Of a stretch of DNA of 64,000 bases, positions 1-13,380 are shown in pieces. The notes below the pieces were generated by a model. The model saw only the letters and a list, made by a program, of their open reading frames with translations, did no database searches and was not told where the DNA came from. The stretch is from positions 16,789 through 80,788 of the forward strand of contig JAPDFW010000016.1 of NCBI GenBank assembly GCA_028826165.1, written 5' to 3'. Position numbers and translations under genes: made by a program. The stretch's first letter is position 1; every line of letters begins with the position of its first letter. The stretch comes from Anaeramoeba ignava BMAN (lineage: Eukaryota; Protista; Anaeramoebae).

Positions 1-100
1 AATCAAATAAATTTTTTTAATTTTAATTTTTATTATTCCAAATCAAATGAAAAAAAAAAAAAGGAAAAAATTTGTTTGTTGTTTCTTTTGTTTTTTTTGT

Positions 101-712
101 TTAATCATCTTTTTTATTTTTATCAGATTTTGTAGATATTCCTTTTGTAAAAACAGATCTTGCAAATGATGTTGTTGTTTTCATTTTTTGGAAACTTTTT
201 CTTTCGATTGAATGAACTTTTCTTAATTTGTTTTTTTCAATTCTATGAGGAACAAGATTAATAGGAGAATCATTTTGAGGTTTAGTAACATTATCAGTTA
301 AATTATCAATAAAATTTTCATTTGAATTTTCATTTAATTTTTCATTTGAATTTTCATTTGATTTTTCATTTGAATTTTCATTTGAATTTTCATTTGATTT
401 TTCTTTTGAATTTTCTTTTGATTTTTCTTTTGAATTTTCATTTGATTTTTCCAATTCTTCTCTTACAACAATTTTTTTATATTCAACAACAAACCAAATT
501 AATGAAGATAAAAATCCAATCGATAAAAAAAACATAATTAAATAATGTTTATTAAAATCAATTATAACTAAATATCCAAGAACAAGTATTAAAAGTCCAA
601 CAACCCCAAAAAGAAAAGTTGTTGTATTACGTGTTACACCTGGCTTAAAAAGCCAATCATATAATGATTGTTTTTGTTTTGGTTTTTTCTGTTTTATTTT
701 TTTTTCATTCAT
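101..712 (-). CDS. Hypothetical membrane protein (two predicted TM helices, low-complexity ENS repeat)
   Basis: 203-aa ORF with hydrophobic stretches FLFGVVGLLILVLGYLVII and YLIMFFLSIGFLSSLIWFVV; head-to-head with the ankyrin gene, 77 bp apart. Confidence 0.6.
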   Translation of the reverse strand: MNEKKIKQKKPKQKQSLYDWLFKPGVTRNTTTFLFGVVGLLILVLGYLVIIDFNKHYLIMFFLSIGFLSSLIWFVVEYKKIVVREELEKSNENSKEKSKENSKEKSNENSNENSNEKSNENSNEKLNENSNENFIDNLTDNVTKPQNDSPINLVPHRIEKNKLRKVHSIERKSFQKMKTTTSFARSVFTKGISTKSDKNKKDD

Positions 713-789
713 TTTTGATGTTTTGAAAAAAAATGAAAATAAAAATTAATTTTTCAATTTTTTTCATTTTTCAAAATAAATAAAAATAA

Positions 790-3700
790 ATGAACATTTG
801 GAAAATTATTGAACAAAACAATTTTCAATTATTAAAACAAATCAAAACAATTCAAGAAAAGGATTTACAAAAAAATAAAAAATTCCTTTTAAATTTTGCA
901 ATAGAAAAAAAAGTGTCAAAAGAAATTATTGAATTTTTAATTGAAAAAGGTTTAAAACCAAATTTAGTTGATGGTTCACTTAGAAACTCATTACATATCG
1001 CACTTTTAAATAATTCTAAATTGGAAATTATTGAGTATTTGATTTCAAAAGGAATTGATATTAATTTTAAAGCAAAAAACGATCAAACAGCTTTACATTT
1101 TGCTTGTGAAAATAATTCACTTGAGGTTATTAAATTATTAATTGAAAAAGGAATTGATATTTATGCAAAAACAAATCAAAATGAAACAGCTTTACATTTT
1201 GCTTGCAAAAATAATTCACTTGAAATTATTAAATTATTAATTGAAAAAGGAATTGATATTTATGCAAAAACCAAAAAAAATCAAACAGCTTTACATTTTG
1301 CTTGTGAAAATAATTCACTTGAAGTTATTAAATTATTAATTGAAAAAGGAATTGATATTTATTCAAAAACCAATGAAAATCAAACAGCTTTACATTTTGC
1401 TTGCAAAAATAATTCAATTGAGGTTATTGAGTATTTGATTTCAAAAGGAATTGATATTTATGCAAAAACAAATCAAAATCAAACAGCTTTACATTTTGCT
1501 TGTGAAAATAATTCACTTGAGGTTGTTAAATTATTAATTGAAAAAGGAATTGATATCAATTCAAAAACAAATGAAAATGAAACAGCTTTACATTTTGCTT
1601 GCAAAAATCAAAATAATTCATTTGAAATTGTTAAATATTTGATTTCAAAGGGGATTTTTATTAACGAAAAGATGAAAAATAAAGTAATTCTCCATTATAT
1701 TTGCAAAAAAAATCAAAATTTAACAGTTGATGAAATTGAGTATTTCATTTCAAAAGGAATTGATATCAATTCAAAAACAAATGAAAATGAAACAATTTTG
1801 CATTTCGCTTGTAAAAATCAAAACATCTCTTATGAAATTATTAAATATTTGATTGAAAAAGGTGTTGATTTAAATGCGAAAACAGAAAATAATGAAACAG
1901 CTTTGCATTTTGCTTGCAAAAATCAAAATATTTCTTATGAAATTATTAAATTATTGATTGAAAAAGGAATTGATATCAATTCAAAAACAAATCAAAATGA
2001 AACAGCTTTGCATTTTGCTTGTAAACAAGACAATCCATCATTGGAAATTATTCAATATTTGATTGAAAAAGGTGTTGATTTAAATGCGAAAACAGAAAAT
2101 AATGAAACAGCTTTACATTTTGCTTGCAAAAATAAAAACATTTCTTATGAAATTATTAAATATTTGATTGAAAAAGGAATTGATATCAATACAAAAACAT
2201 TCCAAAATGAAACAATTTTGCATTTTGCTTGTAAAAATCAAAATATCTCTTATAAAATTATTCAATATTTGATTGAAAAAGGTGATTTAAATGCAAAAAC
2301 AGAAAATAATGAAACAGCTTTACATTTTGCTTGCAAAAATAAAAATATTTCTTATGAAATTATTAAATATTTAATTGAAAAAGGAATTGATATCAATACA
2401 AAAACATTCCAAAATGAAACAGTTTTGCATTTTGCTTGTAAACAAGACAATCCATCATTGGAAATTATTCAATATTTAGTTGAAAAAGGAGCTGATTTAC
2501 ATATAAAAACAAAATATCACAATGAAACACTTTTGCATTTAGTTTGCCAACAAACTAATTCATCACTTGAAGTTATTAAATATTTGGTATCAAAAGGGAT
2601 TTACATTAACGCAAAAATAAACTTCCAAAATGAAACAGCTTTGCATTTTGCTTGTAAACAAAAAAATCCATCTTTTGAAGTGATCCAAGTTCTAGTTGAA
2701 AAAGGGATTGATATTAATGCAAAAACAATTTATAACGAAACACCTTTTCATTTTATTTGTGGAAATAAGAATTCATCAATTGATATTATTTATTATCTTT
2801 TTGAAAAGGGAGCTGATATTCATGCAATCACAAAACGAAAACAAACAGCTTTGCATCTTGCTTGTGAAAATCAATCATTTGAAGTTATTCAATTTTTGAT
2901 TGAAAAAGGAATTGATGTTAATGCAAAAATTGTTTATCAAAACAAGACAGCTTTACATTTAATCTGTAAGCAAGATCACCCACCATTGAAAATTATCCAG
3001 TTTATGGTTGAAAAAGGAATTGATGTTAATACAAAAACACCTTATCAAAATGAAACAGCTTTGCATTTTGTTTGTGGACAAGAAAATCCATCATTGGAAG
3101 TTATTCAATATTTTTTGGAAAAAGGAGTTGATATAAATGCAAAAACACAAAAGAATTACACTTTTTTACATTTGATTTGCAACAAAGATAATCCATCATT
3201 TGAAACTATTCAATATTTAATTGAAAAAGGGATTGAAATTAATGCACAAACAAATAGCAACGAAACAATTTTGCATTTGATTTGTAAACAAGATAATCCA
3301 TCATTTCAAATTATTCAATATTTAGTTGAAAAAGGAATTGATATTAATACAAAAACAGATCAAAATGAAACAGTTTTGCATTTGATTTGTAAACAAGATA
3401 ATCCATCATTTGAAATTATTAAATATTTAATTGAAAAAGGAATTGATGTTAATACAAAAACAAATCAAAGTGAAACAGCTTTGCATTTTATTTGTAAAAA
3501 AGATAATCCATCATTTAAAATTATTAAATATTTAATTGAAAAGGGAGTTGATATTAATTCAAAAGCATTCCAAAGTGAAACATTTTTACAATTGATTTGC
3601 AGAAAAGATAATCCATCATTTAAAATTATCCAATATTTAGTTGAAAAAGGAATTGATGTTAATGCAAAAACAAATTATAGAAAGGAAACAGCTTTGCATT

Positions 3701-5880
3701 TAATCTGTCAAAAAGATAATTCATCCTTTGAAATTATTAAATATCTTATTGAAAAAGGAATTGATTTGCAAGCAAAAACAAAAAGAAAAGAAACAGCTTT
3801 GCATTTTATTTGCAAAGAAGATAATTCATCGTTTAATGGTATTGAATATTTGATTTCAAAAGGGATAGATATCAATTCAAAAACAAATGAAAATTATACA
3901 CCTTTGCATTATGCTTGTATCCATCAATCCTTTGAAACTATTAAGTATTTAATCGGAAAAGGAGCAGATGTTAATGCAAAAACAAATCGAAATGAAACAG
4001 CTTTGCATTTTATTTGTGGAAAAAGACACGTATCATTTGAAATTACCAAATTTCTAGTTGAAAAAGGAGTTGATCTCAATGTGAAATCATCATACGAAAA
4101 CGAAACAGCATTACATTTAGTTTGTCAATCTATTGATCCTCCTTTTGAAATTATTAGATATTTGATTGAAAAAGGAAGTGATATTCACCCAATAACAGAA
4201 GAGAATGAAAATATTCTACATCTTATTTGTCAACAAAGCACGATATCAGTCCAAATTATTGAATATATCATTTCAAAGGGAATTGATATTCATGCAAAAA
4301 CAAGTCAAAATGAAACAGCTTTACATTTTGTTTTTTGGAAAAGAAATGCACAAATTGATATTGTCAAATACTTAATTTCAAAGGGAATTGATATTAATTC
4401 AAAATCAAAGGACCAAGAAACGTTTTTACACATTATCTGCAAACAAGATGATCCTTCTTTTGAAATGATCAAATATCTTGTTGAAAACGGAATTGATATC
4501 AATGCAAAGACAAATAAAAATGAAACAGCTTTACATTTTATTTCTGCAAAGAGAAATTCAAATTCTTTTGAAATTATCAAATATTTGGTTGAAAAAGGAA
4601 TTGATGTTCATGCAAGAACTAAAGAAAACGAAACAGTTCTGCATTTTGTTTGCAAACAAGATAATCCACCAATTAGAGTTATCAAATATCTTGTTGAAAA
4701 CGGAATTGATATCAATGCAAGGACAAATAAAAATGAAACAGTATTACATTTTGCTTGCCAACAAAATTTATCATTTGAGATTATCGAATATCTAGTTGAA
4801 AAGGGGGTTGATATCAATTCAAAAACAAATCGAAATCAAACCGCTTTACATTTTGCTTGTATACACGAATCGTTTAAAGCGATTGATTTCCTCATTTCAA
4901 AAGGAATTGATATGAATATAAAAACAAATGAAAATCAATCAGCTTTGAATCTTTCTTGCTACTATCAGAATCAAAGCTCAATAAAAGCATTATTGTTTCA
5001 TAATGCGACTATTTTTGATCTAAATAAGCGAGATTTCTCTTCAAAAATTGTTGAATGTTTTTCTCAAGTTTATTCCATTAACGAAGATCTCAGCAATTTA
5101 TTAAAATTGAATGAAAATTTTTTTGATTACCAAATTGAGTCAAATGATCACTTCAGATTTAATGTTCACAAACTGATTTTACTATCACGATTTGACAGTA
5201 GTGATTCATATTTCAACAAATTTGTTCAAATTTGTTCACAAAAACCAAAAGATCAAGTTGAAATTGCTTTGAATTTTCTTTATACCGGATTTACTAATTT
5301 TGAGAAACTTTCTAGAAAATTGAAAGAACAAGAAAAATTGCTTGAAAACTATATATCTTTTTTATATAATACAACGAAAAAAAACTTAGATTGGGATGAA
5401 GAAGACAAAGAAAAAGAGGAAAACATAATTGAAGAAATTTTCACAGAAGTTTTCAGAGGAATTTCCACAGAAACTTCCACAAATTTTGGATTTGTGTCTA
5501 AATGGATTGAGAATAAAAGAGGAAGGAGAGGGATATTAAAAGATTTTGAACAATTATATCATCAAGAATCGACAAAGGATTTTACGATAATTATTGAAGA
5601 AAACGGGAAAGAAAGAGAAATCCAAGTTCATAAATTGGTATTAATAACAAGAAGTGAGTTATTTAAAGGAATGTTTTTAAATGTTCGAGATTCTTCAAAT
5701 AAGGTTCATGATTATTCAGGGAAATCATTTGAAACTTTAGATTATTTTATTTATTTTCTTTATCATGATTCATTTGAAGAAGAAACAAAACGAGTTTATC
5801 CAAAAATTATTGAAGAATTTGAATATTTAAAGGATTTTTATCAATTAAATGAAAATTCGACGATTGATTTTGGTTTTTAA
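790..5880 (+). CDS. Large ankyrin-repeat protein with two C-terminal BTB/POZ domains
   Basis: 1696-aa intronless ORF with roughly 40 repeats of type ETALHFAC...EIIKYLIEKGIDIN; BTB-like motifs DYQIESNDHFRFNVHKLILLSR and KDFTIII...IQVHKLVLITRSELFKGMF. Confidence 0.9.
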   Translation: MNIWKIIEQNNFQLLKQIKTIQEKDLQKNKKFLLNFAIEKKVSKEIIEFLIEKGLKPNLVDGSLRNSLHIALLNNSKLEIIEYLISKGIDINFKAKNDQTALHFACENNSLEVIKLLIEKGIDIYAKTNQNETALHFACKNNSLEIIKLLIEKGIDIYAKTKKNQTALHFACENNSLEVIKLLIEKGIDIYSKTNENQTALHFACKNNSIEVIEYLISKGIDIYAKTNQNQTALHFACENNSLEVVKLLIEKGIDINSKTNENETALHFACKNQNNSFEIVKYLISKGIFINEKMKNKVILHYICKKNQNLTVDEIEYFISKGIDINSKTNENETILHFACKNQNISYEIIKYLIEKGVDLNAKTENNETALHFACKNQNISYEIIKLLIEKGIDINSKTNQNETALHFACKQDNPSLEIIQYLIEKGVDLNAKTENNETALHFACKNKNISYEIIKYLIEKGIDINTKTFQNETILHFACKNQNISYKIIQYLIEKGDLNAKTENNETALHFACKNKNISYEIIKYLIEKGIDINTKTFQNETVLHFACKQDNPSLEIIQYLVEKGADLHIKTKYHNETLLHLVCQQTNSSLEVIKYLVSKGIYINAKINFQNETALHFACKQKNPSFEVIQVLVEKGIDINAKTIYNETPFHFICGNKNSSIDIIYYLFEKGADIHAITKRKQTALHLACENQSFEVIQFLIEKGIDVNAKIVYQNKTALHLICKQDHPPLKIIQFMVEKGIDVNTKTPYQNETALHFVCGQENPSLEVIQYFLEKGVDINAKTQKNYTFLHLICNKDNPSFETIQYLIEKGIEINAQTNSNETILHLICKQDNPSFQIIQYLVEKGIDINTKTDQNETVLHLICKQDNPSFEIIKYLIEKGIDVNTKTNQSETALHFICKKDNPSFKIIKYLIEKGVDINSKAFQSETFLQLICRKDNPSFKIIQYLVEKGIDVNAKTNYRKETALHLICQKDNSSFEIIKYLIEKGIDLQAKTKRKETALHFICKEDNSSFNGIEYLISKGIDINSKTNENYTPLHYACIHQSFETIKYLIGKGADVNAKTNRNETALHFICGKRHVSFEITKFLVEKGVDLNVKSSYENETALHLVCQSIDPPFEIIRYLIEKGSDIHPITEENENILHLICQQSTISVQIIEYIISKGIDIHAKTSQNETALHFVFWKRNAQIDIVKYLISKGIDINSKSKDQETFLHIICKQDDPSFEMIKYLVENGIDINAKTNKNETALHFISAKRNSNSFEIIKYLVEKGIDVHARTKENETVLHFVCKQDNPPIRVIKYLVENGIDINARTNKNETVLHFACQQNLSFEIIEYLVEKGVDINSKTNRNQTALHFACIHESFKAIDFLISKGIDMNIKTNENQSALNLSCYYQNQSSIKALLFHNATIFDLNKRDFSSKIVECFSQVYSINEDLSNLLKLNENFFDYQIESNDHFRFNVHKLILLSRFDSSDSYFNKFVQICSQKPKDQVEIALNFLYTGFTNFEKLSRKLKEQEKLLENYISFLYNTTKKNLDWDEEDKEKEENIIEEIFTEVFRGISTETSTNFGFVSKWIENKRGRRGILKDFEQLYHQESTKDFTIIIEENGKEREIQVHKLVLITRSELFKGMFLNVRDSSNKVHDYSGKSFETLDYFIYFLYHDSFEEETKRVYPKIIEEFEYLKDFYQLNENSTIDFGF

Positions 5881-6460
5881 TAACAATTTTGAAAACAATT
5901 TTGAAAACAATTTTGATAACAATTTTGAAAACAATTTTGATAACAAATTTATTGAATTTATTAAAGAATTTATTGAAGAATTTATTGAAGAATTTTTTAA
6001 AGAATTTATTAAAGAATTTATTAAAGAATTTATTAAAGAATTTTGGATACTTAATTTAAAATTAATTCAAAACTATTCAAAATTAATTCAAAACAATTTT
6101 AATAACAAATTTATTAAAGAATTTATTAAAAAATTTTGGATACTTCATTTAAAATTAATTCAAAACAATTCAAAATTAATTCAAAACAATTTTAATAACA
6201 AATTTATTAAAGAATTTATTAAAGAATTTATTTATTAAAGAATTTTGGATACTTCATTTAAAATTAATTCAAAACAATTTTAATAACAAATTTATTAAAG
6301 AATTTATTAAAGAATTTTGGATACTTAATTTAAAACTAATTCAAAACTAATTCAAAAGAATTTTCTTCATTGTTAATTTAAAAATTTAATAAAAAAACAA
6401 TTTTAATAACAAATTTATTGAAGAATTTATTAAAAGAATTTATTAAAGAATTTTAGTTTA
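5880..6460. repeat. Short AT-rich tandem repeats (AACAATTTTGAA; AGAATTTATTAA)
   Basis: 12-mer repeats directly downstream of the Ank-BTB stop codon. Confidence 0.8.
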
Positions 6461-6719
6461 TTTAAATTTTTTCTTTTTAATAAATTTTCAAATTAATTCC
6501 AAAAATGAAAATCTCCATTGAAGGAAATGAATCAGAATTAGCATGGAAATGTAAATAATTTTTTTTCTTCATTGTTAATTTGAAAATTTATTAAAACAAA
6601 CTATTTTGAATCTTATTTTCAATTCACTATTCAAATTAAAATTTTATTTTATTTTAAACAAAAATTGAACAAGTAAAAAAATTTTTTGGAATAAAGTTGA
6701 TTCCAAAAATGAAAAATAA

Positions 6720-8185
6720 AAATAAAAATAAATTATAAATTAAAAAATATAAATCTAAATCTAAATATAAATATAAAATCTAAATCTAAATCTAAAATCT
6801 AAAATCTAAATATAAATATAAATATAAATATAAATATAAATCTAAATATAAATATAAATCTAAATCTAAATCAAAATCAAAATATAAATCTAAATATAAA
6901 TCTAAATATAAAATATAAATCCAAATATAAATATAAATCAAAATCAAAATCAAATATAAATATAAATATAAATCTAAATATAAATATAAATATAAATCTA
7001 AATCTAAATATAAATCTAAATCTAAATAAAAATATAAATATAAAAATCTAAAAATAAAAATAAATCTAAATCTAAATCAAAATATAAATATAAATATAAA
7101 TATATAAATCTAAATCTAAATCAAAAATAAATATAAAATATAAATATAAATATAAATATAAAATATAAAATCTAAATATAAATATAAATATAAATATAAA
7201 TCAAAATATAAATCTAAATCTAAATCTAAATCTAAAAATAAATCTAAATCTAAATATAAATCTAAATATAAATCTAAATCTAAATATAAATATAAATCTA
7301 AATATAAATCTAAATCTAAATCTAAATATAAAATAAAAAATATAAAATATAAATATCAAAATATAAAATAAATCTAAATATAAATATAAATATAAATATA
7401 AATATAAATCAAAATATAAATATAAATATAAAATATAAATATAAAATATAAATATAAATATAAATCTAAATCTAAATCTAAAAATATAAATATAAATATA
7501 AATATAAATATAAATATAAATCTAAAATCATAAATCAAAAATATAAATATAAATATAAATCTAAATATAAATATAAATATAAATCAAAAATCTAAATATA
7601 AATCTAAATCTAAATATAAAATATAAATCTAAATCTAAATCTAAATCTAAATAAAAAAAATAAATATAAATCTAAATCAAAATCAAAATCTAAATCTAAA
7701 TCTAAATCTAAATATAAACTAAATCTAAATCTAAATATAAATCTAAATATAAATCTAAATATAAATCTAAATATAAATCCAAATCCCAAAATCAAAAATA
7801 TAAATCTAAATCAAAATATAAATCTAAATCAAAATATAAAAAAATCAAAATCAAAATAAAAATAAATATAAATATAAATCAAAATATAAATCTAAATATA
7901 AATCAAAATAAATCTAAATCTAAATCTAAATCTAAATCTAAATCTAAATATAAATCTAAATCTAAATATAAATATAAATCTAAATATAAATATAAATATA
8001 AATATAAATATAAATATAAATCTAAATCTAAATCTAAATCTAAATCAAAATCAAAATCAAAATCAAAATCAAAATCAAAATCAAAATCAAAATCAAAATC
8101 AAAATTAAAATTAAAATTGAAATTGAAATTGAAATTGAAATTGAAATTGAAATTAAATTCAAAATCAAAATTAAAATTAAAATTG
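6720..8185. repeat. Hexamer microsatellite (TAAATA/TAAATC), grading into TCAAAA and TTGAAA
   Basis: Visible 6-bp periodicity; the ORFs here (FNFN, DLDL, KLKL) are repeat artefacts. Confidence 0.95.
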
Positions 8186-8378
8186 AAGTGGAAAATTGTT
8201 CGTTTCAAATTAATGAATCAATTGAAAATTAAAACAAAATTAAAACAAAAAGAAAAATTAAAAAAGAAAAAGAAAAAAAAATTAGAAAAAGAAAAAGAAA
8301 AAGAAAAAGAAAAAGAAAAAGAAATTAAAGCAAAACGAAGTTTAGCAAAAATCACCATTTCTAAAACCAAGAAAGAAA

Positions 8379-8960
8379 TCAAAATACTTTATGCAAATAT
8401 TTTTTCTTATAAATCCATTTAGCAAGATCACGAGAACAACGACCTTTACTAATTTCATCAGTAAGAGCAGTAGGTTTTAAACGATATTTAGGAGTTTTTG
8501 AAGACTTTTTATTATGATTTTTCACATTTGATTTTAAATAGCGATAAACAACAGCTCCAAAAGAAGGATTTTCTCTTGAAATACTTTCAGAATGATTTAA
8601 ACCAGAAAGTAAAAATTGTTGGATTACTTTTTCCTTTTGTTTTTTAATTTCCCTGCTTTTCTTTCTGTCTAAAATTTGCGTTTCAGTTTTTTCAAGTTTT
8701 TCAAGTTTTTCTGTTTTATTTATATTTTCTATTTTTTGCATTTTTTCCATTGCGTTTATTTTTGGTATTTTTTCTATTTTATGTCTTTTTATTTTTTGTT
8801 CTTCTTCTTGTTTTGTTTGATTTGTGTCAAATGACTTTGTTTGAAAATCTGGAAATAATTTGGTTGGGAAAAGATAGTCAATTTGCTCATCAAATGGTGT
8901 TCTTAATGTTTCTGTTTGTGGTTTGTTTTTTTCTGTTGTCGGTTGTAAGAAATCCCACAT
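8379..8960 (-). CDS. Hypothetical basic protein
   Basis: 193-aa non-repetitive ORF with raised GC relative to flanks; no recognised domain. Confidence 0.55.
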   Translation of the reverse strand: MWDFLQPTTEKNKPQTETLRTPFDEQIDYLFPTKLFPDFQTKSFDTNQTKQEEEQKIKRHKIEKIPKINAMEKMQKIENINKTEKLEKLEKTETQILDRKKSREIKKQKEKVIQQFLLSGLNHSESISRENPSFGAVVYRYLKSNVKNHNKKSSKTPKYRLKPTALTDEISKGRCSRDLAKWIYKKKYLHKVF

Positions 8961-9759
8961 AATTGATCCAAAAGAATAAAAATTTTAAAATAGAAAAATT
9001 AATTCCATCAAAAAGAAAAAAAAAATTTTCTTGATTTTTGATCGTTTCAAAAAAAACAAACAAACAAACAAATTAAAACAAATTAAAACAAATTTAAATT
9101 AAAATTAAAATTAAATTATTAATTTATGAATAATTATGGAAAATATTTATTATTTTATTTTTTTTTATTTTTTTTTAATTAAAAAATTTTTTTTTTTTTT
9201 TTATTTTTTTTGTTGTTTTTTTCCCTTTCCAAAATATTTTTTTAACAAAATTAATTTTAAATTTTAATTCTTTTAATCATTAACTTTTTTTTAAATTAAA
9301 TTTTAATTAAATTTTTTTATTTAAATTTTATTTAAATTTTTTAATTTAAATTCTCCAATTTGATCAATAAATTAATTCCAAAATTATAAAAGAGAAAAGA
9401 AAACGAATTTAAAAATTAAAATTAAAATTAAAATTAAAGAAAAGAAAAGAAAAAAAAATTTTTTTTAAAAGTAATGAGTTGGTTTTTAATTTTTTTGCTT
9501 CTTTAATTCATTTTATTCTACAAAAAAATTTTCATTTATTAATTAAAAGAAAATTGTTATTTTAATGAAAGGATCCTTTTTCAAATTAAATAAATTTAAA
9601 AAGAAAATATAAAAAATGTCAAAAAATTAATTAATTGGATTAAAAGTGATCAATTAAAAAATTTTTTTATTTATTTTATTTAAAAATTTTTAAATAAAAT
9701 TAATTAATTTTACTCAAATAAATCAATTCAATTTTAGAAATAAATTCGATCAATTATAT

Positions 9760-12700
9760 TCAATAAAATTAATTTAATTTTCAATATGTAAATAATTTTG
9801 ATCAAATTTAAATTAAGAAATAATTAATAAATCAATTCCATTTTAAATTTTGAAATAAAATTAATAAATTATAATCAATCAAATCAATTTTAAATTTGGA
9901 AATAAAATTAATAAATCAATTCCATTTTAAATTTAGAAATAAAATTAATAAATTATATTCAATTAAATCAATTTTAAATTTGGAAATAAAATTAATAAAA
10001 ATTCAATTAAATCCATTTTAAATTTTAAATAAATTATATTCAATCAATTCCATTTTAAATTTTGAAATAAAATTAATAAATTATATTCAATTAAATCAAT
10101 TTTAAATTTAGAAATAAAATTAATTAATTATATTCAATTAAATCCAATTTTAAATTTTAGAAATAAAATTAATTAAATCAATTTTATTCAATTTTAAATT
10201 TGAAATAAAATTAATAAATTATATTAAATGGAAATAAATAATAAATTTCCATTTTTAAATTTAGAAATAAAATTAATAAATTATATTCAATCAATTAATT
10301 CCATTTTAAATTTTGAAATAAAATTAATATTCAATTAAATCAAATTTAAATTTTAAAATAAAATTAATTAATTATATTCAATCAATTCCATTTTAAATTT
10401 GGAAATAAAATAATAATTAATTAATCAAATTTCTAAATTAAATTAATAAATCAATTCCATTTTAAATTTAGAAATAAAATTAATAAATTATATTCAATCA
10501 AATCAATTCTAAATTTAGAAATAAAATTAATAAATCAATTCCATTTTAAATTTAGAAATAAAATTAATAAATCAATTCCATTTTAAATTTAGAAATAAAA
10601 TTAATAAATTATATTCAATTAAATCCATTTTAAATTAAGAAATAAAATTAATAAATCAATTCCATTTTAAATTTAGAAATAAAATTAATAAATTAATATT
10701 CAATCAATTCCATTTTTAAATTTAGAAATTTTAAAATTTAATAAAATTAATAAATCAATTCCATTTTAAATTTTTAAAAATTAATAAAAATATTCAATTA
10801 AATCAATTTTAAATTAAGAAATAAAATTAATAAATCAATTCCATTTTTAAAATTTTTAAATTAAAAGAAATAAAATTAATAAATTATATTCAATTAAATC
10901 CATTTTAAATTTGAAATAAAATTAATAATTATATTCAATTAAATCCATTTTAAATTTAGAAATAAAATTAAAATTAATATTAATTAAATTCAATTCTTTA
11001 AATTTAGAAATAAAATTAATAAATTATATTCAATCAATTAATTCCATTTTAAATTTTGAAATAAAATTAATAAATTATATTCAATTAAATCAATTTTAAA
11101 TTTAGAAATAAAATTAATTAATTATATTCAATTAAATCAATTTTAAATTTTGAAATAAAATTAATAAATCAATTCCATTTTAAATTTAGAAATAAAATTA
11201 ATTAATTATATTCAATTAAATCCATTTTAAATTTAGAAATAAAATTAATTAATCAAATCCATTTTAAATTTTGAAATAAAAATTAATTAATTCAATCAGA
11301 ATTCCATTTTTAAATTTGGAAATAAAATTAATAAATTATATTTAATCAAATTTAAATTTAGAAATAAAAATTAAATCAATTCCATTTTAAATTTAGAAAT
11401 AAAATTAATAAATCAATTCCATTTTAAATTTAGAAATAAAATTAATAAATTATATTCAATTAAATCCATTTTAAATTAAGAAATAAAATTAATAAATCAA
11501 TTCCATTTTAAATTTAGAAATAAAATTAATAAATTATATTCAATCAATTCCATTTTAAATTTTGAAATAAAATTAATAAATTATATTCAATTAAATCCAT
11601 TTTAAATTTTGAAATAAAATTAATAAATCATATTCAATCAAATCTATTTTAAATTTTGAAATAAAATTAATTAATTATATTTAATTAAATCCATTTTAAA
11701 TTAAGAAATAAAATTAATAAATTATATTCAATTAAATCCATTTTAAATTTTGAAATAAAATTAATAAATTATATTTAATTAAATCCATTTTAAATTTGGA
11801 AACAAATTTAATTAATTATATTCAATTAAATCAATTTTAAATTTTGAAATAAAATTAATTAATTATATTCAATTAAATCCATTTTAAATTTTGAAATAAA
11901 ATTAATCAATTATATTCAATTAAATCCATTTTAAATTTAGAAATAAAATTAATAAATTATATTCAATTAAATCCATTTTAAATTTTGAAATAAAATTAAT
12001 AAATCAATTCCATTTTAAATTAAGAAATAAAATTAATAAATTATATTCAATCAATTCCATTTTAAATTTTGAAATAAAATTAATAAATCAAATCAATTTT
12101 AAATTTAGAAATAAAATTAATAAAATATATTTAATTAAATCCATTTTTAAATTAAGAAATAAAAATTAATAAATTATATTCAATTAAATCCATTTTAAAT
12201 TAAGAAATAAAATTAATCAATTATATTCAATTAAATTAATTTTAAATTTAGAAATAAAATTAATCAATTATATTCAATCAATTCCATTTTAAATTTAGAA
12301 ATAAAATTAATAAATTATATTTAATCAAATCCATTTTAAATTTTGAAATAAAATTAATAAATCAATTCTATTTTAAATTTTGAAATAAAATTAATAAATT
12401 ATATTCAATTAATTCCATTTTAAATTAAGAAATAAAATTAATAAATTATATTCAATTAAATTAATTTTAAATTTTGAAATAAAATTAATAAATTATATTC
12501 AATTAAATTAATTTTAAATTTAGAAATAAAATTAATAAATTATAATCAATTAATTCCATTTTAAATGTTGAAATAAAATTAATAAATCAATTCCATTTTA
12601 AATTTAGAAATAAAATTAATAAATTATATTCAATTAAATTAATTTTAAATTTTGAAATAAAATTAATAAATTAATTCAATCAAATCAATTTTAAATTTAG

Positions 12701-13380
12701 AAATAAAATTAATTAAATATATTCAATTAAATCCATTTTAAATTTTGAAATAAAATTAATAAATTATATTCAATTTTAAATTTAGAAATAAAATTAATAA
12801 ATTATATTTAATTAAATCCATTTTAAATTTTGAAATAAAATTAATAAATTATATTCAATCAATTCCATTTTAAATTTGGAAATAAAATTAATAAATCAAA
12901 TCCATTTTAAATTTTGAAATAAAATTAATAAATTATATTTAATTAAATTAATTTTAAATTTTGAAATAAAATTAATTAATTATATTTAATTAAATTCATT
13001 TTAAATGTTGAAATAAAATTAATAAATCAATTCCATTTTAAATTTAGAAATAAAATTAATTAATTATATTCAATTAAATCCATTTTAAATTTTGAAATAA
13101 AATTAATAAATTATATTTAATTAAATCCATTTTAAATTTTGAAATAAAATTAATTAATTATATTCAATTAAATCAATTTTAAATTTAGAAATAAAATTAA
13201 TAAATTATATTCAATTAAATCCATTTTAAATTTAGAAATAAAATTAATTAATTATATTCAATTAAATCCATTTTAAATTTTGAAATAAAATTAATAAATT
13301 ATATTCAATTTTAAATTTAGAAATAAAATTAATAAATTATATTCAATTAAATCCATTTTAAATTTAGAAATAAAATTAAT
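9760..13380. repeat. ~3.6-kb AT-rich minisatellite with ~35-47-bp units (TTTTAAATTTAGAAATAAAATTAATAAATTATATTCAATTAAATCCA and a shorter variant)
   Basis: Long and short unit variants interspersed throughout; no ORFs. Confidence 0.9.

Noticed and set aside
6505-6560. Possible micro-exon MKISIEGNESELAWK followed by GTAAAT
   Set aside because: No convincing downstream exon found; cannot be supported without RNA data
9760-13380. Possible CRISPR-like array
   Set aside because: No unique spacers, no cas genes, eukaryotic context; the units are degenerate tandem copies
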